DNA from: Dehalococcoidia bacterium
GTDB lineage: Bacteria; Chloroflexota; Dehalococcoidia; UBA2979
Reading direction: 5' to 3'
Length of the DNA: 64,000 nt
Assembly (NCBI GenBank): GCA_965262725.1
Contig: OZ253555.1
Coordinates: forward strand, 3,584,001 to 3,648,000
Every line of letters starts with the position of its first letter. Position 1 is the stretch's first letter. The translations under genes were made by a program, and so were the position numbers. The notes below the pieces were generated by a model, which was not told the DNA's origin, searched no databases, and saw only the letters and a program-made list of their open reading frames with translations. Shown piece by piece: positions 41,017-51,592 of this stretch.

Positions 41017-42034
41017 GGGCGCGATCGCCCCGGGGCTGGTCGACCGCTTCGGGCGCCCGCTGCGCGATTTGCGCATCTCGGTCACCGATCGCTGCAACTT
41101 CCGCTGCCGCTACTGCATGCCGCGCGAGGTCTTCGGGGCCGACTTCGTCTTCCTACCGCGGGACCAGATCCTCAGCTTCGAGGAGATCGCGCGCATCGCC
41201 GACATCGCGGCCGGCCTCGGCGTCCGCAAGGTGCGCCTCACCGGCGGCGAGCCGCTGCTGCGCGCCGAACTCCCGCGCCTGGTGGCGATGCTCGCGGAGG
41301 TCCCCGGCCTCGAGGTGGCGCTGACGACCAACGGCTCCCTGCTCGCCTCGCAGGCCGACGCGCTCGCCCGGGCCGGCCTCGCGCGCGTCACCGTGAGCCT
41401 CGACTCGCTCGACGACGCCATCTTCCGCGCCATGAACGACGCCTCATTCCCCGTGCGCCTCGTGCTCGAGGGGATCGAGGCGGCGACCTCGGCCGGACTC
41501 GCCCCGATCAAGGTGAACGCCGTCGTGCGCCGCGGCGTCAACGACCACACCGCCGTCGATCTCGCGCGCTACTTCCATGGAAGCGGGCATGTGCTGCGCT
41601 TCATCGAGTTCATGGACGTCGGGACCACGAACGGATGGCGGCTCGCCGACGTCGTGCCGGCGCAGGAGCTCCTCGCCGCTGTCGACTCGGCGCTCCCGCT
41701 CGAGCCCGTCGGTCCCGCCTACCGCGGCGAGGTCGCCCGCCGCTACCGCTACCGCGACGGCGGCGGCGAGATAGGGTTCATCACCTCGGTGACGCAGCCC
41801 TTCTGCGGCGACTGCACGCGCGCCCGCCTCTCCGCCGAGGGGGCGCTCTACACCTGCCTCTTCGCCACCAACGGCACCGACCTCCGCGAGCCGCTCCGCT
41901 CCGGCGCGACCGACTCGGAGCTCACGGAGCTGCTGCGTCGGATCTGGGGCGTGCGCGAGGACCGATACTCGGAGGAGCGCTCGGCCGCCACGGCCGCGCT
42001 GCCGCGGGTCGAGATGTCGTATATCGGAGGCTAG
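40973..42034 (+). CDS. moaA: GTP 3',8-cyclase
   Basis: LRISVTDRCNFRCRYCMP, TGGEPLLR, RFIEFMD, FCGDC.R.RL and C-terminal MSYIGG. Confidence 0.97.
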   Translation: MSRFTPPPPPGPATEGAIAPGLVDRFGRPLRDLRISVTDRCNFRCRYCMPREVFGADFVFLPRDQILSFEEIARIADIAAGLGVRKVRLTGGEPLLRAELPRLVAMLAEVPGLEVALTTNGSLLASQADALARAGLARVTVSLDSLDDAIFRAMNDASFPVRLVLEGIEAATSAGLAPIKVNAVVRRGVNDHTAVDLARYFHGSGHVLRFIEFMDVGTTNGWRLADVVPAQELLAAVDSALPLEPVGPAYRGEVARRYRYRDGGGEIGFITSVTQPFCGDCTRARLSAEGALYTCLFATNGTDLREPLRSGATDSELTELLRRIWGVREDRYSEERSAATAALPRVEMSYIGG

Positions 42035-42065
42035 CCCGACGCCTCGGAGACGTAGGAGGAGATGA

Positions 42066-42584
<519 letters not shown>

Positions 42585-42603
42585 CCCCGCTTCCGCGTCC
42601 GGA

Positions 42604-43026
42604 TCAGGGCGGGTTGCCGGGAGTCGCCGCGGTCTCGACGTAGCGGACCGCGACTCGCACCGCGCGGTGCGAGTAGACGACGAAGTGCTCGGCGGGCATC
42701 TCCTCGAGGGGGCGCATCTCCTCCGCGCGCGTCGCGACGGGATCGCCGGCCGCCTCCTGCGCCGGATCGTGGCTCACCACCAGCTCGTAGAGGCCGCCGT
42801 CGTCCCCGAGCACGACGCAGCCGTAGTCGCCCGGCAGCTCGCCCTCGGGATCGACCTCGAGCCCGTAGGCGAACATCGCCCCGGGGAAGGACGGGAATCC
42901 CCCGACCGACCGCGCCGTGCGGGAGAGCAGCTCGCGCAGCTCCGCCGCGGCGCGCTCCACGATCGCCTCCGCGTGCGAGCGATTCGCCCGCAGCTCGCCG
43001 CCAGCCTCCGCACGTCCGCTCATCAC
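42604..43026 (-). CDS. Hypothetical protein
   Basis: 140 aa ORF with host codon usage (FPSFPG...GCVVLGDDGGLYEL). No family recognised. Confidence 0.6.
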   Translation of the reverse strand: MMSGRAEAGGELRANRSHAEAIVERAAAELRELLSRTARSVGGFPSFPGAMFAYGLEVDPEGELPGDYGCVVLGDDGGLYELVVSHDPAQEAAGDPVATRAEEMRPLEEMPAEHFVVYSHRAVRVAVRYVETAATPGNPP

Positions 43027-43218
43027 GTCCCGTCCCGACCACGCGCCCGCTGCGGCGCGCCGCTCCCATCATAGGAGACGGTCGCCGCGTCGCCCCCGAA
43101 GGCAACTCCCGTATCATGTTCGCCGCCGCGCTGTGACACGCTCCCCGGAACGCCCGCAGGCTGCGCGTACGCGGTCGCGGCGGCCCACAAGGGAACGACA
43201 CACGCGGACTGCGCGCCT

Positions 43219-45198
43219 ATGGCTATCTGGGTCGGCCGCTACGCGATGGTCGGGGGTGAGCCGAGCGAGGCGAGCCCCTGGCTCATCGACAGGCGGCGTG
43301 TGAGCGGCGGGGACTCGGTGCGCCTCGTGGTGCTCGCCGAGCCCGCCGACGAGCGCTCCGAGCCCTACTGCACCGAGGTCGCCGAGGCGGTCGCGGACCT
43401 CTTCGGCCGCGACTCGCTCTCGCTCACCGGCGGCCTCCTGCGCGCCCTCCGGCAGACCCACGACAACCTTGTGGAGTGGAACCGCCACTCTCTGCGCGAG
43501 CACCGTGTCGCCGTGGGCGTGACCTGCGTCGCGATCCGCGACGACGAGGCCACGATCGTCCTCGCCGGGCCGGGCCCCGCGTACCGGGCCGGCCCCTCCG
43601 GCGTGGAGCGCTTCGGCACCGAGGACGCGGCGGCCCGGCACCCGCTCGGCGGCGAGGAGCCCGTCGAGCCGCGGTTCCTGACGGCACCGTTCCACGATGC
43701 GTCGATCCTCCTGCTCACCAGCGCCGCCGAGGACGTCGCGAGCGAGCAGGCCATCGCGCAGGCGGTCTCCGCCGGCGCCGAGCGCACGCTCGGCGACCTC
43801 TACGCGCTCACCCGCGACATGAGCGACATGAGCGCCGTGCTGCTCGCCGACCTCGACGTCGAGGAACAGGACGTCACCCCGATCGCGGCGCCCGCGGCCG
43901 ACCTCCCCGGCGAGGCGCGGCCGACGGTCGACTCGGGGATCCGGACGCTCGGCGCCCCGCCCCATCGGGGAGCGTTGCCGGCCGTCCGGGCGCCGGCGCG
44001 CGGCGTCGGCTCACACGCCACCTCCGCGCGGCTGCCGTGGGGGCTGATCGGCGCCGTCTCCGCGGCGGTGATCGTGGCCGCGCTCTTCGCCGGGTTGATC
44101 CTGCTCCCGCTGCTCGACGACGACCAGGAGAGGCGCATCGCCGAGTTGCTCTCGCAGGCGAGCGCCGAGCTCCTCGGCGCCGAGCAGGCGCGGCTCGAGG
44201 GCGATCGCGCCTCAGAGCGCGTCGCGGTCGAGGAGGCCCGGTCGACGCTGGAGCGAGCCCGCGCACAGGCCGAGGAGGATCCCCGCGTCGACGAGCTCCT
44301 CGCGCAGATGGAGGCCGCGCGCATCCGGCTCGATGCCGTGATCACCGTCTTGGCGCTCGAGCGCGTCGCGACCCTCGACGGGATCATCACCGCCCCGGCC
44401 CAGCCCGAGGCCCTCGTCTCAGGCGGCGGGGCGCTGTGGCTGCTCGAGCGGGGGAGCGGCCGCATCGTGCGGCTCGACCCCGAGGGCGCGCTCCCCCCGA
44501 TGCGGGTCTACAGCCCCGATCAGCAGTACGACGGGACCCGCGCGCGTGCCGCCGCGGCGATCGCCTGGGACGACGCGCGCCGGCGCCTGCTGGTGCTCGA
44601 CGAGGACCGGTCGCTCTTCGCGATCCCCGGTGAGCCCGGGAGCGCTCCCCACGCCCTCCTCCTGCGCGGCGCCGACGACATCCGCTCCGCCCGGGCGATT
44701 GCCGTCTACAGCGGCAACCTCTACGTGCTCGACCCCGAGGGCAGAGAGATCTGGCGCTACGTGCCTGCCGGCGATGGGTTCAACTCCGAGCGGCAGGGCC
44801 TGCTCGGCACCGCGGAGATCGGAACCGCGCGCGCGCTCTCAGTCGACGGCGACGTCTTCGTGCTCGTGGCGGGGGCCGTACGCCACTTCCGGCTCGGGCA
44901 GGAGCTCGATCCGTTGTTCGCCGGCATCGACTCCTTTCCCCAGGCCACCGCCGGGATCGCCGAGGACAGCTCCGAGGGCGTGCTCTACGTCGGCGACCGC
45001 GAGCGCGGGCGCATCGTCGTCACCGAGCGCTCGGGAAACTTCCTCCGGCAGTACCACCACGTCGATTTCGACGACATGCGCGGGCTCGCCATCTCCCCCA
45101 ACGGCGATCTCCTCTACGTGCTGACCGGCCGCAGCATCTTCAGCTTCGATCCTCTCGCCGAGGCCGAGTCGCTCCCCGGCGCGCGCGAGCAGAACTGA
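43219..45198 (+). CDS. Membrane protein: degenerate PP2C-like N-domain, TM, coiled segment, beta-propeller
   Basis: N-terminal alpha/beta region (LVVLAE...ILLLTS...DMSAVL), TM at about aa 275-300, helical segment, then NHL-like repeats (IAVYSGNLYVLDP, LYVGD..RGRIV, GLAISPNGDLLYV). Confidence 0.6.
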   Translation: MAIWVGRYAMVGGEPSEASPWLIDRRRVSGGDSVRLVVLAEPADERSEPYCTEVAEAVADLFGRDSLSLTGGLLRALRQTHDNLVEWNRHSLREHRVAVGVTCVAIRDDEATIVLAGPGPAYRAGPSGVERFGTEDAAARHPLGGEEPVEPRFLTAPFHDASILLLTSAAEDVASEQAIAQAVSAGAERTLGDLYALTRDMSDMSAVLLADLDVEEQDVTPIAAPAADLPGEARPTVDSGIRTLGAPPHRGALPAVRAPARGVGSHATSARLPWGLIGAVSAAVIVAALFAGLILLPLLDDDQERRIAELLSQASAELLGAEQARLEGDRASERVAVEEARSTLERARAQAEEDPRVDELLAQMEAARIRLDAVITVLALERVATLDGIITAPAQPEALVSGGGALWLLERGSGRIVRLDPEGALPPMRVYSPDQQYDGTRARAAAAIAWDDARRRLLVLDEDRSLFAIPGEPGSAPHALLLRGADDIRSARAIAVYSGNLYVLDPEGREIWRYVPAGDGFNSERQGLLGTAEIGTARALSVDGDVFVLVAGAVRHFRLGQELDPLFAGIDSFPQATAGIAEDSSEGVLYVGDRERGRIVVTERSGNFLRQYHHVDFDDMRGLAISPNGDLLYVLTGRSIFSFDPLAEAESLPGAREQN

Positions 45199-45212
45199 GC
45201 AGGGAGCCGCCC

Positions 45213-46220
45213 GTGCGCATCCTCGCCCTGGAGACGTCCTGCGACGAGACGGCCGCCGCCGTCGTGGAGAACGGCCGCCGGGTGCTCTCCTCGATCGTCG
45301 CCTCGCAGGACGAGCTCCACGCCGAGACGGGGGGCGTGGTGCCGGAGGTGGCGGCCAGGCAGCACCTGCGCGCGGTGACCCCGGTCGTGCGCCGCGCGCT
45401 CTCCGACGCCGGCTGCGGCTGGGACGCGATCGATGCTGTCGGCGCGACGGCGGGGCCCGGCCTCCCCGGGGCGCTCGCCGTCGGCTTCGCCTGCGCGCGC
45501 GCGATCGCCTTCGCCCGCTCCCTGCCGATCATCCCGGTCGACCACATCGAGGGCCACGTCTGCGCCACCTGGCTCGGCGACGAGGAGCCGGGGCTGCCCG
45601 CGCTCGCACTGGTCGTCTCGGGAGGCCACACCGAGCTGCTCCTGATGGAGGACCACGGACGTTTCCGGCGTCTCGGGGGGACGAGGGACGACGCGGCCGG
45701 CGAGGCCTTCGACAAGGTGGCGCGCCTGCTCTCGCTCGGCTACCCGGGAGGACCGCCGATCTCGCGGCTCGCCCGGACGGCGACGCGGCGCGAGCTGCGC
45801 CTTCCCCGCGCCTGGCTCCCCGGCACCGACGACTTCTCGTTCTCCGGCCTCAAGACGGCGGTACTGCGGGTGGTGCGCGGCCCAGAGCCCCCGCCCGCCG
45901 CCGAGGTCGCCTGGGCCTTCGAGGAGTCGGTCGCCGACGTGCTCTCGCGCAAGGCGACGCGCGCCGCCGCGCGCGAGGGGGTCGCCTCGTTGCTCGTCGC
46001 CGGCGGCGTCGCCGCGAACGGCCGGCTGCGGGAGCTGCTCCGCGAGCGCGCCCGGCTTCCCCTCTTCATCCCGCCCCCCGCGCTCTGCACCGACAACGCC
46101 GCGATGATCGGTGCCGCCGCCTTCCGCCACGCGCACGAGGCGGTCTCACCCCAGGCGCCGCTCGACATCGCTCCCACCGCGGCGCGCGGGCAGGCGGCGC
46201 TCGGGCGCAGCGCCCGCTGA
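45213..46220 (+). CDS. tsaD: tRNA threonylcarbamoyltransferase subunit TsaD
   Basis: ILALETSCDET, GGVVPEVAARQH, HIEGH, VSGGHT, DDAAGEAFDK, FSFSGLKT and CTDNAAMI. Confidence 0.97.
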   Translation: MRILALETSCDETAAAVVENGRRVLSSIVASQDELHAETGGVVPEVAARQHLRAVTPVVRRALSDAGCGWDAIDAVGATAGPGLPGALAVGFACARAIAFARSLPIIPVDHIEGHVCATWLGDEEPGLPALALVVSGGHTELLLMEDHGRFRRLGGTRDDAAGEAFDKVARLLSLGYPGGPPISRLARTATRRELRLPRAWLPGTDDFSFSGLKTAVLRVVRGPEPPPAAEVAWAFEESVADVLSRKATRAAAREGVASLLVAGGVAANGRLRELLRERARLPLFIPPPALCTDNAAMIGAAAFRHAHEAVSPQAPLDIAPTAARGQAALGRSAR

Positions 46221-46281
46221 GGGCCCCCGGGCCGTGACCGACTCGCCCCGAGGCGGGGTTGGAGGGACGCTCCGGGGAGCA

Positions 46282-46308
46282 CTGGCACTCTCCACACAAG
46301 AGTGCTAA
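46282..46308 (+). promoter_or_regulatory. CIRCE element (HrcA operator) overlapping the groES promoter
   Basis: CTGGCACTC-N9-GAGTGCTAA; TGGCAC-N17-TAACAT overlaps it as -35/-10. Confidence 0.88.
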
Positions 46309-46331
46309 CATCACCCGCCACAGGCAGGAGA

Positions 46332-46366
46332 GCCCCCCGGTCGTTCGACGCGGCGGGGCGTTTTTT
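46332..46366 (+). terminator. Terminator-like hairpin plus U-tract between CIRCE and groES
   Basis: GCCCC-CCG-GTC[GTTC]GAC-g-CGG-c-GGGGC followed by GTTTTTT. Confidence 0.55.
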
Positions 46367-46387
46367 GAGGACGAGGAGGCAGGGGAG

Positions 46388-46696
46388 TTGGCGACGAAGG
46401 TTGTGCCGCTGACGGACCACATTGTGCTTCAGCCGATCGAAGGGGACGAGGTGACCGTCACCGGCCTCGTGATCCCGGACTCCGCGAAGGAGAAGCCGCA
46501 GCAGGGTGCCGTGGTCGCCGTCGGCCCCGGCAAAATGAACGACGCGGGCGTCGTGGAGACGATGGAGCTCTCGGCCGGCGACCGCGTGCTCTACCAGCAG
46601 TACGCCGGCACCAAGGTCCAGATCGAGAAGGTCGACTACATCGTCGTCCGCTTCGCGGACGTGCTCGCGCGGCTCGACCAGAACGGCACGGAGTAG
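46388..46696 (+). CDS. groES: Co-chaperonin GroES
   Basis: TTG start after GAGGAGG; PLTDHIVL, GLVIPDSAKEKPQQGAVVAVGPG and GDRVLY..YAGT. Confidence 0.95.
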   Translation: MATKVVPLTDHIVLQPIEGDEVTVTGLVIPDSAKEKPQQGAVVAVGPGKMNDAGVVETMELSAGDRVLYQQYAGTKVQIEKVDYIVVRFADVLARLDQNGTE

Positions 46697-46854
46697 CGCC
46701 ACAGCACGCAGGCTCGACCCGCCATCCGGTGACGAACCGACCGGATGAGGGGCCCGGGAGGCCCGCCCGCGCCGGCCATGGCCGCCGGGGCGAGCGGGTG
46801 CCCGGCGGCCAGCCGCCCCGCCGCGACCACGGTCCGCGATGACGAGGGAGAGCG

Positions 46855-48543
46855 ATGCCCAAGGGTAAGATCCTGCGATTCGACGACAGCGCGCGCGCCG
46901 AGCTGCGCCGCGGCGTCGATGCGCTCGCCGACGCCGTCCGCATCACCCTCGGCCCGCGCGGGCGCAACGTCGTGCTCGACAAGACGTACCTGCGCGCCAC
47001 CTTCACCAAGGACGGCGTCACCGTCGCGCGCGAGATCTCGCTCGCCAACCCCTTCCACAACATGGGGGCGCAGCTGGTGAAAGAGGTCGCCGTCAAGACC
47101 AACGACGAGGCGGGCGACGGCACCACCACCGCCACCGTTCTCGCGCAGGCGATTTACCACGAGGGGCTGCGCAACACCGCCGCCGGCGCCAACCCGATGG
47201 CGCTGCGCCGCGGTCTGGAGCTCGCCCGCGACACGATCTCCGCGGAGCTCACGAAGCTCGCCACGCCGGTCGAGAGCCAGAAGATCGTGCGGCAGGTCGC
47301 CACCATCGCCGCGAACTCCGACCAGGAGATCGGCGATCTGATCACCGACGTGATGGACAAGGTCGGCCGCGACGGCGTGATCACCGTCGAGGAGGGAAAG
47401 TCCCTCGAGCACGAGCAGGAGATCGTCGAGGGGCTCCAGGTCGACAACGGCTGGATGTCGCCTCTCTTCGCCACCGACCAGGAGCGCCTGGAGGCCGTGG
47501 TCGAGGAGCCCTACATCCTCGTCACCGACCTGAAGCTCTCCACCGTCCAGCAGGTCGCTCCGCTGCTCGAGAAGCTGCTCTCCGTCTCCAAGAACCTCGT
47601 CATCTTCTGCGACTCGATGGAAGACGACGTCCTCTCGCTCCTCGCCCTCAACAAGATGCGCGGCAACCTGAACCCGCTCGTCGTCCGCTCCCCCTCCTTC
47701 GGCGAGCGCCGCAAGCAGATGAGCGAGGATCTCGTCGCACTCACTGGCGGCGTCTTCATCACCGAGGACATGGGCCACGCCCTGGAGCGGGTGGAGGTCG
47801 CCGCGCTCGGCCGCGCCGACCGCATCGTCACCACCCCGCGCGCCACCACCATCATCGGCGGGCGGGGGACCGACGAGCAGATCCGCGCGCGCATCGAGAC
47901 GCTGCGCGCGCAGCTGGAGTCGAAGACGGACGCGCTCACCCACTTCGACTTCGAGATCCTCCAGAAGCGGATCGCCAAGCTCGCCGGCGGTGTCGGCGTG
48001 ATCCGGGTCGGCGGCACCAGCGAGATCGACGTGCGCGAGCGGAAGTTCCGCGTGGACGACGCCCTCAACGCCACGCGCGCCGCCATCGACGAGGGAGTGG
48101 TGCCCGGAGGCGGCGTTGCCTACCTGCGCGCCCGCACCGCCCTCGAGCCCCTGCTGGAAGAGCTCTCCGGTGACGAGGCGACCGGCGTCCGGATCCTGTG
48201 GCAGGCCCTCGAGGCGCCGCTTCGCCAGATCGTGGCGAACGCGGGCGGCGAGCCCGCCGTCGTGGTCGGCGACGTCCTCGCACGGAGCGGTCACCACGGC
48301 TACGACGCCGCGCGCGCTACCTACGGCGACATGTTCACGCTCGGCATCGTCGACCCCGTGAAGGTGGTGCGCATCGCCCTCGACAGCGCGGTCTCGGTCT
48401 CGGCGCTGATGCTGACCACGGAGGCCCTCGTCAGCGAGATCCCGCGCAAGGCGAGCTGGGATCCGGCCCTCGAGAAGATGTCCGAGCAGCTCGGCCACCC
48501 CGGGGTCGACCCCTACACGGGGATGCCGATCCCCGGATTCTGA
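46855..48543 (+). CDS. groEL: Chaperonin GroEL (divergent)
   Basis: TLGPRGRNV, KDGVTVA, AGDGTTTATVLA, RIAKLAGGV, EGVVPGGG and GIVDPVKV. Confidence 0.96.
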   Translation: MPKGKILRFDDSARAELRRGVDALADAVRITLGPRGRNVVLDKTYLRATFTKDGVTVAREISLANPFHNMGAQLVKEVAVKTNDEAGDGTTTATVLAQAIYHEGLRNTAAGANPMALRRGLELARDTISAELTKLATPVESQKIVRQVATIAANSDQEIGDLITDVMDKVGRDGVITVEEGKSLEHEQEIVEGLQVDNGWMSPLFATDQERLEAVVEEPYILVTDLKLSTVQQVAPLLEKLLSVSKNLVIFCDSMEDDVLSLLALNKMRGNLNPLVVRSPSFGERRKQMSEDLVALTGGVFITEDMGHALERVEVAALGRADRIVTTPRATTIIGGRGTDEQIRARIETLRAQLESKTDALTHFDFEILQKRIAKLAGGVGVIRVGGTSEIDVRERKFRVDDALNATRAAIDEGVVPGGGVAYLRARTALEPLLEELSGDEATGVRILWQALEAPLRQIVANAGGEPAVVVGDVLARSGHHGYDAARATYGDMFTLGIVDPVKVVRIALDSAVSVSALMLTTEALVSEIPRKASWDPALEKMSEQLGHPGVDPYTGMPIPGF

Positions 48544-48709
48544 GCGCCGGCGCGAAGCTGGGAATCGTCTCGCCCCTCATCCGGCTGGCGACAGAGCGAT
48601 CCCGCCTGTAGCTGAACGATCGTCCCTCAGGTCGTGGCGCCTCGGGGCACCCGCGCCGACGAGCTACTTCGTTCCCGCCTACCCGCGCGGAGAACAGCCC
48701 AGCCCCGGC

Positions 48710-49492
48710 TCACCTCCTGGCCTCGGCCAGCCCGGCGGCGTCGAGGCGGTCGTGGAGCCGGCGCAGCTCGACGAGCACCTCGCCGAGCGACTCGGCGACC
48801 GCAGCGTCGGGTTTATCCCGCGCGGACTCGACGAAGTGCGCTGCCACGTTCGCCGTGAGCACGCCGACCAGCCCGATGCCGACCAGCATCAGGAACGTGG
48901 CCACGCCACGACCGGCGAGCGTGACCGGGTAGGTGTCGCCGTAGCCGACCGTCGTGACCGTGGTGAGGGCCCACCACACGGCCGCGCCGAACCCGTCGAT
49001 CTCACCGCCCGAGCCCTGCTCGGCGAAGGTGATCACCACCGCCGAGCCGACGATCGCTCCGAACGCGAACAAGAGCGCCCCCTGCACGCCCCCCCGGCCC
49101 AGGATCGCGCTCGTCGCGTGGGAGGCCCGGAACAGGTACGCGACCACCCTGAGCACTCGTAACACCCGAAGCGCCTGCACCGAGCGGACGATGCGCAGCG
49201 GCCGCAGGAGCGGCAGGGCCACGATCAGCACGTCGAACCAGTGCGCCCGGAGGTACGGCAGCCTGCGGGGCGCGAGGTAGACCCGGACGAGCAGTTCGGC
49301 GGCGAAGACCCCCCAGATGATCAGGTCGAGCGCGAGCAGAACCTGCTCCGCGCGTTCCGACAGCGCGAGGGCCACAGGCGCGAGCAGCATCGGGATCATG
49401 AGCAGCGCGAGGATCAGGAGCGGAAGTTCCGTGACCCGCTCGAAGCGATCCAGTTGCGCGCCCCGCCGTTCCAGCCGTGTCGCCACCATCAT
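48710..49492 (-). CDS. Voltage-gated potassium channel (6-TM)
   Basis: S4-like RPLRIVRSVQALRVLRVLR and selectivity filter TVTTVGYGD; GAGGAGG RBS. Confidence 0.92.
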   Translation of the reverse strand: MMVATRLERRGAQLDRFERVTELPLLILALLMIPMLLAPVALALSERAEQVLLALDLIIWGVFAAELLVRVYLAPRRLPYLRAHWFDVLIVALPLLRPLRIVRSVQALRVLRVLRVVAYLFRASHATSAILGRGGVQGALLFAFGAIVGSAVVITFAEQGSGGEIDGFGAAVWWALTTVTTVGYGDTYPVTLAGRGVATFLMLVGIGLVGVLTANVAAHFVESARDKPDAAVAESLGEVLVELRRLHDRLDAAGLAEARR

Positions 49493-49897
49493 CCTCCTCG
49501 CGTGGGACCTCTCGCCGCACTCGGGCGTGCGCGGGCCTCGCGCGACTCTACGCCGCCCCTGACGGTCTCCGCGCGACGATGACACCCCGTTGCGCCGCCG
49601 ATTCGCGGCAAGCGCCTGTCGAGCGATCCCGCTCGCGCCGGGCATCGCCCGGGCCGGTACGGGCGGGACATCCCGCGGACCGTCTGCACCTACGCCCTCG
49701 CCCACGATCCGTCTGGACGTCGCAGGGGCGCCGCGTCATCCTCGCGTGGCCAGGGCCCGACCGCGACGGGGTCGCTCACGCCTGACGGGGGACACAGTCG
49801 CTCACCGTCGACACAGGTCGGGGCCACCCAGCGCCCGTCACTGCCGCCCCGGCCCGCGCGAGGGGCTCGGCTCGCGTGGGCCCGCGGCGGGCCCGGG

Positions 49898-51592
49898 ATG
49901 GGAGCGGCGCCGGCGCAGCTCCGGCGGGAGAGCGGAGAGGAGCCGGTTCCCATCGTGCGACCAGTAGCGGAGATCGCGGAACGGCTGGGGCTGGACCCCG
50001 GGGTGCTGATCCCGTACGGGCACCACACGGCCAAGGTGCCGCTGGATGCTATCGCCGGAGGTGGGCGGCGGGGGAAGCTGATCGTCGTGACGGGAATGAC
50101 GCCGACGCCGGCGGGCGAGGGCAAGACGACGACGACGGTGGGGCTGACGCAGGCGATGGGTCTGCTGGGCGTGAACGTCGCGGCGACGCTCCGGCAGCCG
50201 ACGCTGGGGCCGATCTTCGGGATCAAGGGAGGCGGCACCGGCGGGGGCCTGGCGCGCGTCGAGCCGGAGGACGAGGTGAACCTCCACTTCACGGGGGATG
50301 CGCACGCGGTCGCGTCGGCCCACAACCTGCTGGCTGCGCTGACGGACAACGCGGTGCAGCGCGGGCAGGTGGCCGGCATGTCGCCGGCGGGGATCACCCT
50401 GCGCCGCGTCTCCGACGCCGAGGAGCGGTCGCTGCGGCAGGTGGCGACAGGGCTTGGGGGCGCGAACAACGCGCCGGTGCGGGAGACGGGGTTCGACATC
50501 GTGTCGGCGTCCGAGGTGATGGCGATCCTGGCGCTGAGCAGTGGTCTGGAGGACCTCCGGGAGCGGCTGGCCCGGATGGTGGTGGGGTTCACGGGGGAGG
50601 GGCGCGCGGTGCCGGCGGCGGAGATAGGGGGCGCGGTCGGATCGATGATGTCGCTTCTGCGCCACGCGCTGCTGCCGAACCTGGTGCAGACCACGGAGGG
50701 GCAGCCAGTCATCGTCCACACGGGGCCGTTCGGGAACATCGCGCACGGGTGCAGCTCCATCGTGGCGGACCGGCTGGCGCTGAGCTACGCCGACTACGTG
50801 CTGACCGAGGCCGGATTTGGCGCCGACCTGGGGTTTGAGAAGTTCATGCACATCAAGACTCGCACCTCCCGGCAGCGTCCCCACGGCGCGGTGATCGTCG
50901 CGACGGTCCGGGCGCTGAGGTCACATGGCGGTGTGCGGATGTCGGAGATGGACGTACCGAACCCGGGCGCGGTGGCGGCGGGACTGTCGAACCTGCGGCA
51001 TCTGGTGCAGGTCATCCGGTCGTTCCGACTTCCTGTTGTGGTCGCCCTGAACCGCTTCCCGACGGACACGGAGGAGGAGCTGCGCCTCGCGAAGCAGGGC
51101 AGCGAGGAGGCGGGCGCGGCGGCGGCGGTGGAGAGCAATCCCTTTGCGGAGGGCGGCGCGGGGTGCACGGAGCTGGCGGAGGCGCTGATGACGGCGACGC
51201 GGGGGGTGCCGGAGGAGGGAGTGGCGGAGATCGACTACGCGTACGAGCTGTCGGACTCGCTGGAGGAGAAGGTGCTGGCGCTCGCCCGGCGGGTGTACAA
51301 CGCCGCGGACGTGTCGTGGAGCGTGGCCGCGCGCGGACAGCTGCGGCGGTTCCGCGAGCTGGGGTGGGACGAGCTGCCGGTGTGCATGGCGAAGACGCAC
51401 CTGTCAATCAGCGACCGGCCGGAGCGGAAGGGGCGACCCTCGGACTACACGTTCGAGGTGCGCGACGTGCGGGCGTCGATAGGCGCGGGGTTCATCTACC
51501 CCATCGCGGGGAACATCGTGACGATGCCCGGGCTGCCGACGCGGCCGCGGGCGCTCGACGTGACCCCGAGCGGCGCCGTGGTGGGTCTGTAG
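49898..51592 (+). CDS. fhs: Formate--tetrahydrofolate ligase
   Basis: PTPAGEGKTTTT, GIKGG, NLHFTGD, HTGPFGNIAHG, TEAGFGADLG.EKF, CMAKT and TMPGLP. Start uncertain. Confidence 0.96.
   Translation: MGAAPAQLRRESGEEPVPIVRPVAEIAERLGLDPGVLIPYGHHTAKVPLDAIAGGGRRGKLIVVTGMTPTPAGEGKTTTTVGLTQAMGLLGVNVAATLRQPTLGPIFGIKGGGTGGGLARVEPEDEVNLHFTGDAHAVASAHNLLAALTDNAVQRGQVAGMSPAGITLRRVSDAEERSLRQVATGLGGANNAPVRETGFDIVSASEVMAILALSSGLEDLRERLARMVVGFTGEGRAVPAAEIGGAVGSMMSLLRHALLPNLVQTTEGQPVIVHTGPFGNIAHGCSSIVADRLALSYADYVLTEAGFGADLGFEKFMHIKTRTSRQRPHGAVIVATVRALRSHGGVRMSEMDVPNPGAVAAGLSNLRHLVQVIRSFRLPVVVALNRFPTDTEEELRLAKQGSEEAGAAAAVESNPFAEGGAGCTELAEALMTATRGVPEEGVAEIDYAYELSDSLEEKVLALARRVYNAADVSWSVAARGQLRRFRELGWDELPVCMAKTHLSISDRPERKGRPSDYTFEVRDVRASIGAGFIYPIAGNIVTMPGLPTRPRALDVTPSGAVVGL

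Noticed and set aside
49493-49897. ZTP or THF riboswitch upstream of fhs
   Set aside because: I could not find the consensus elements of either class. An Rfam scan would be decisive.
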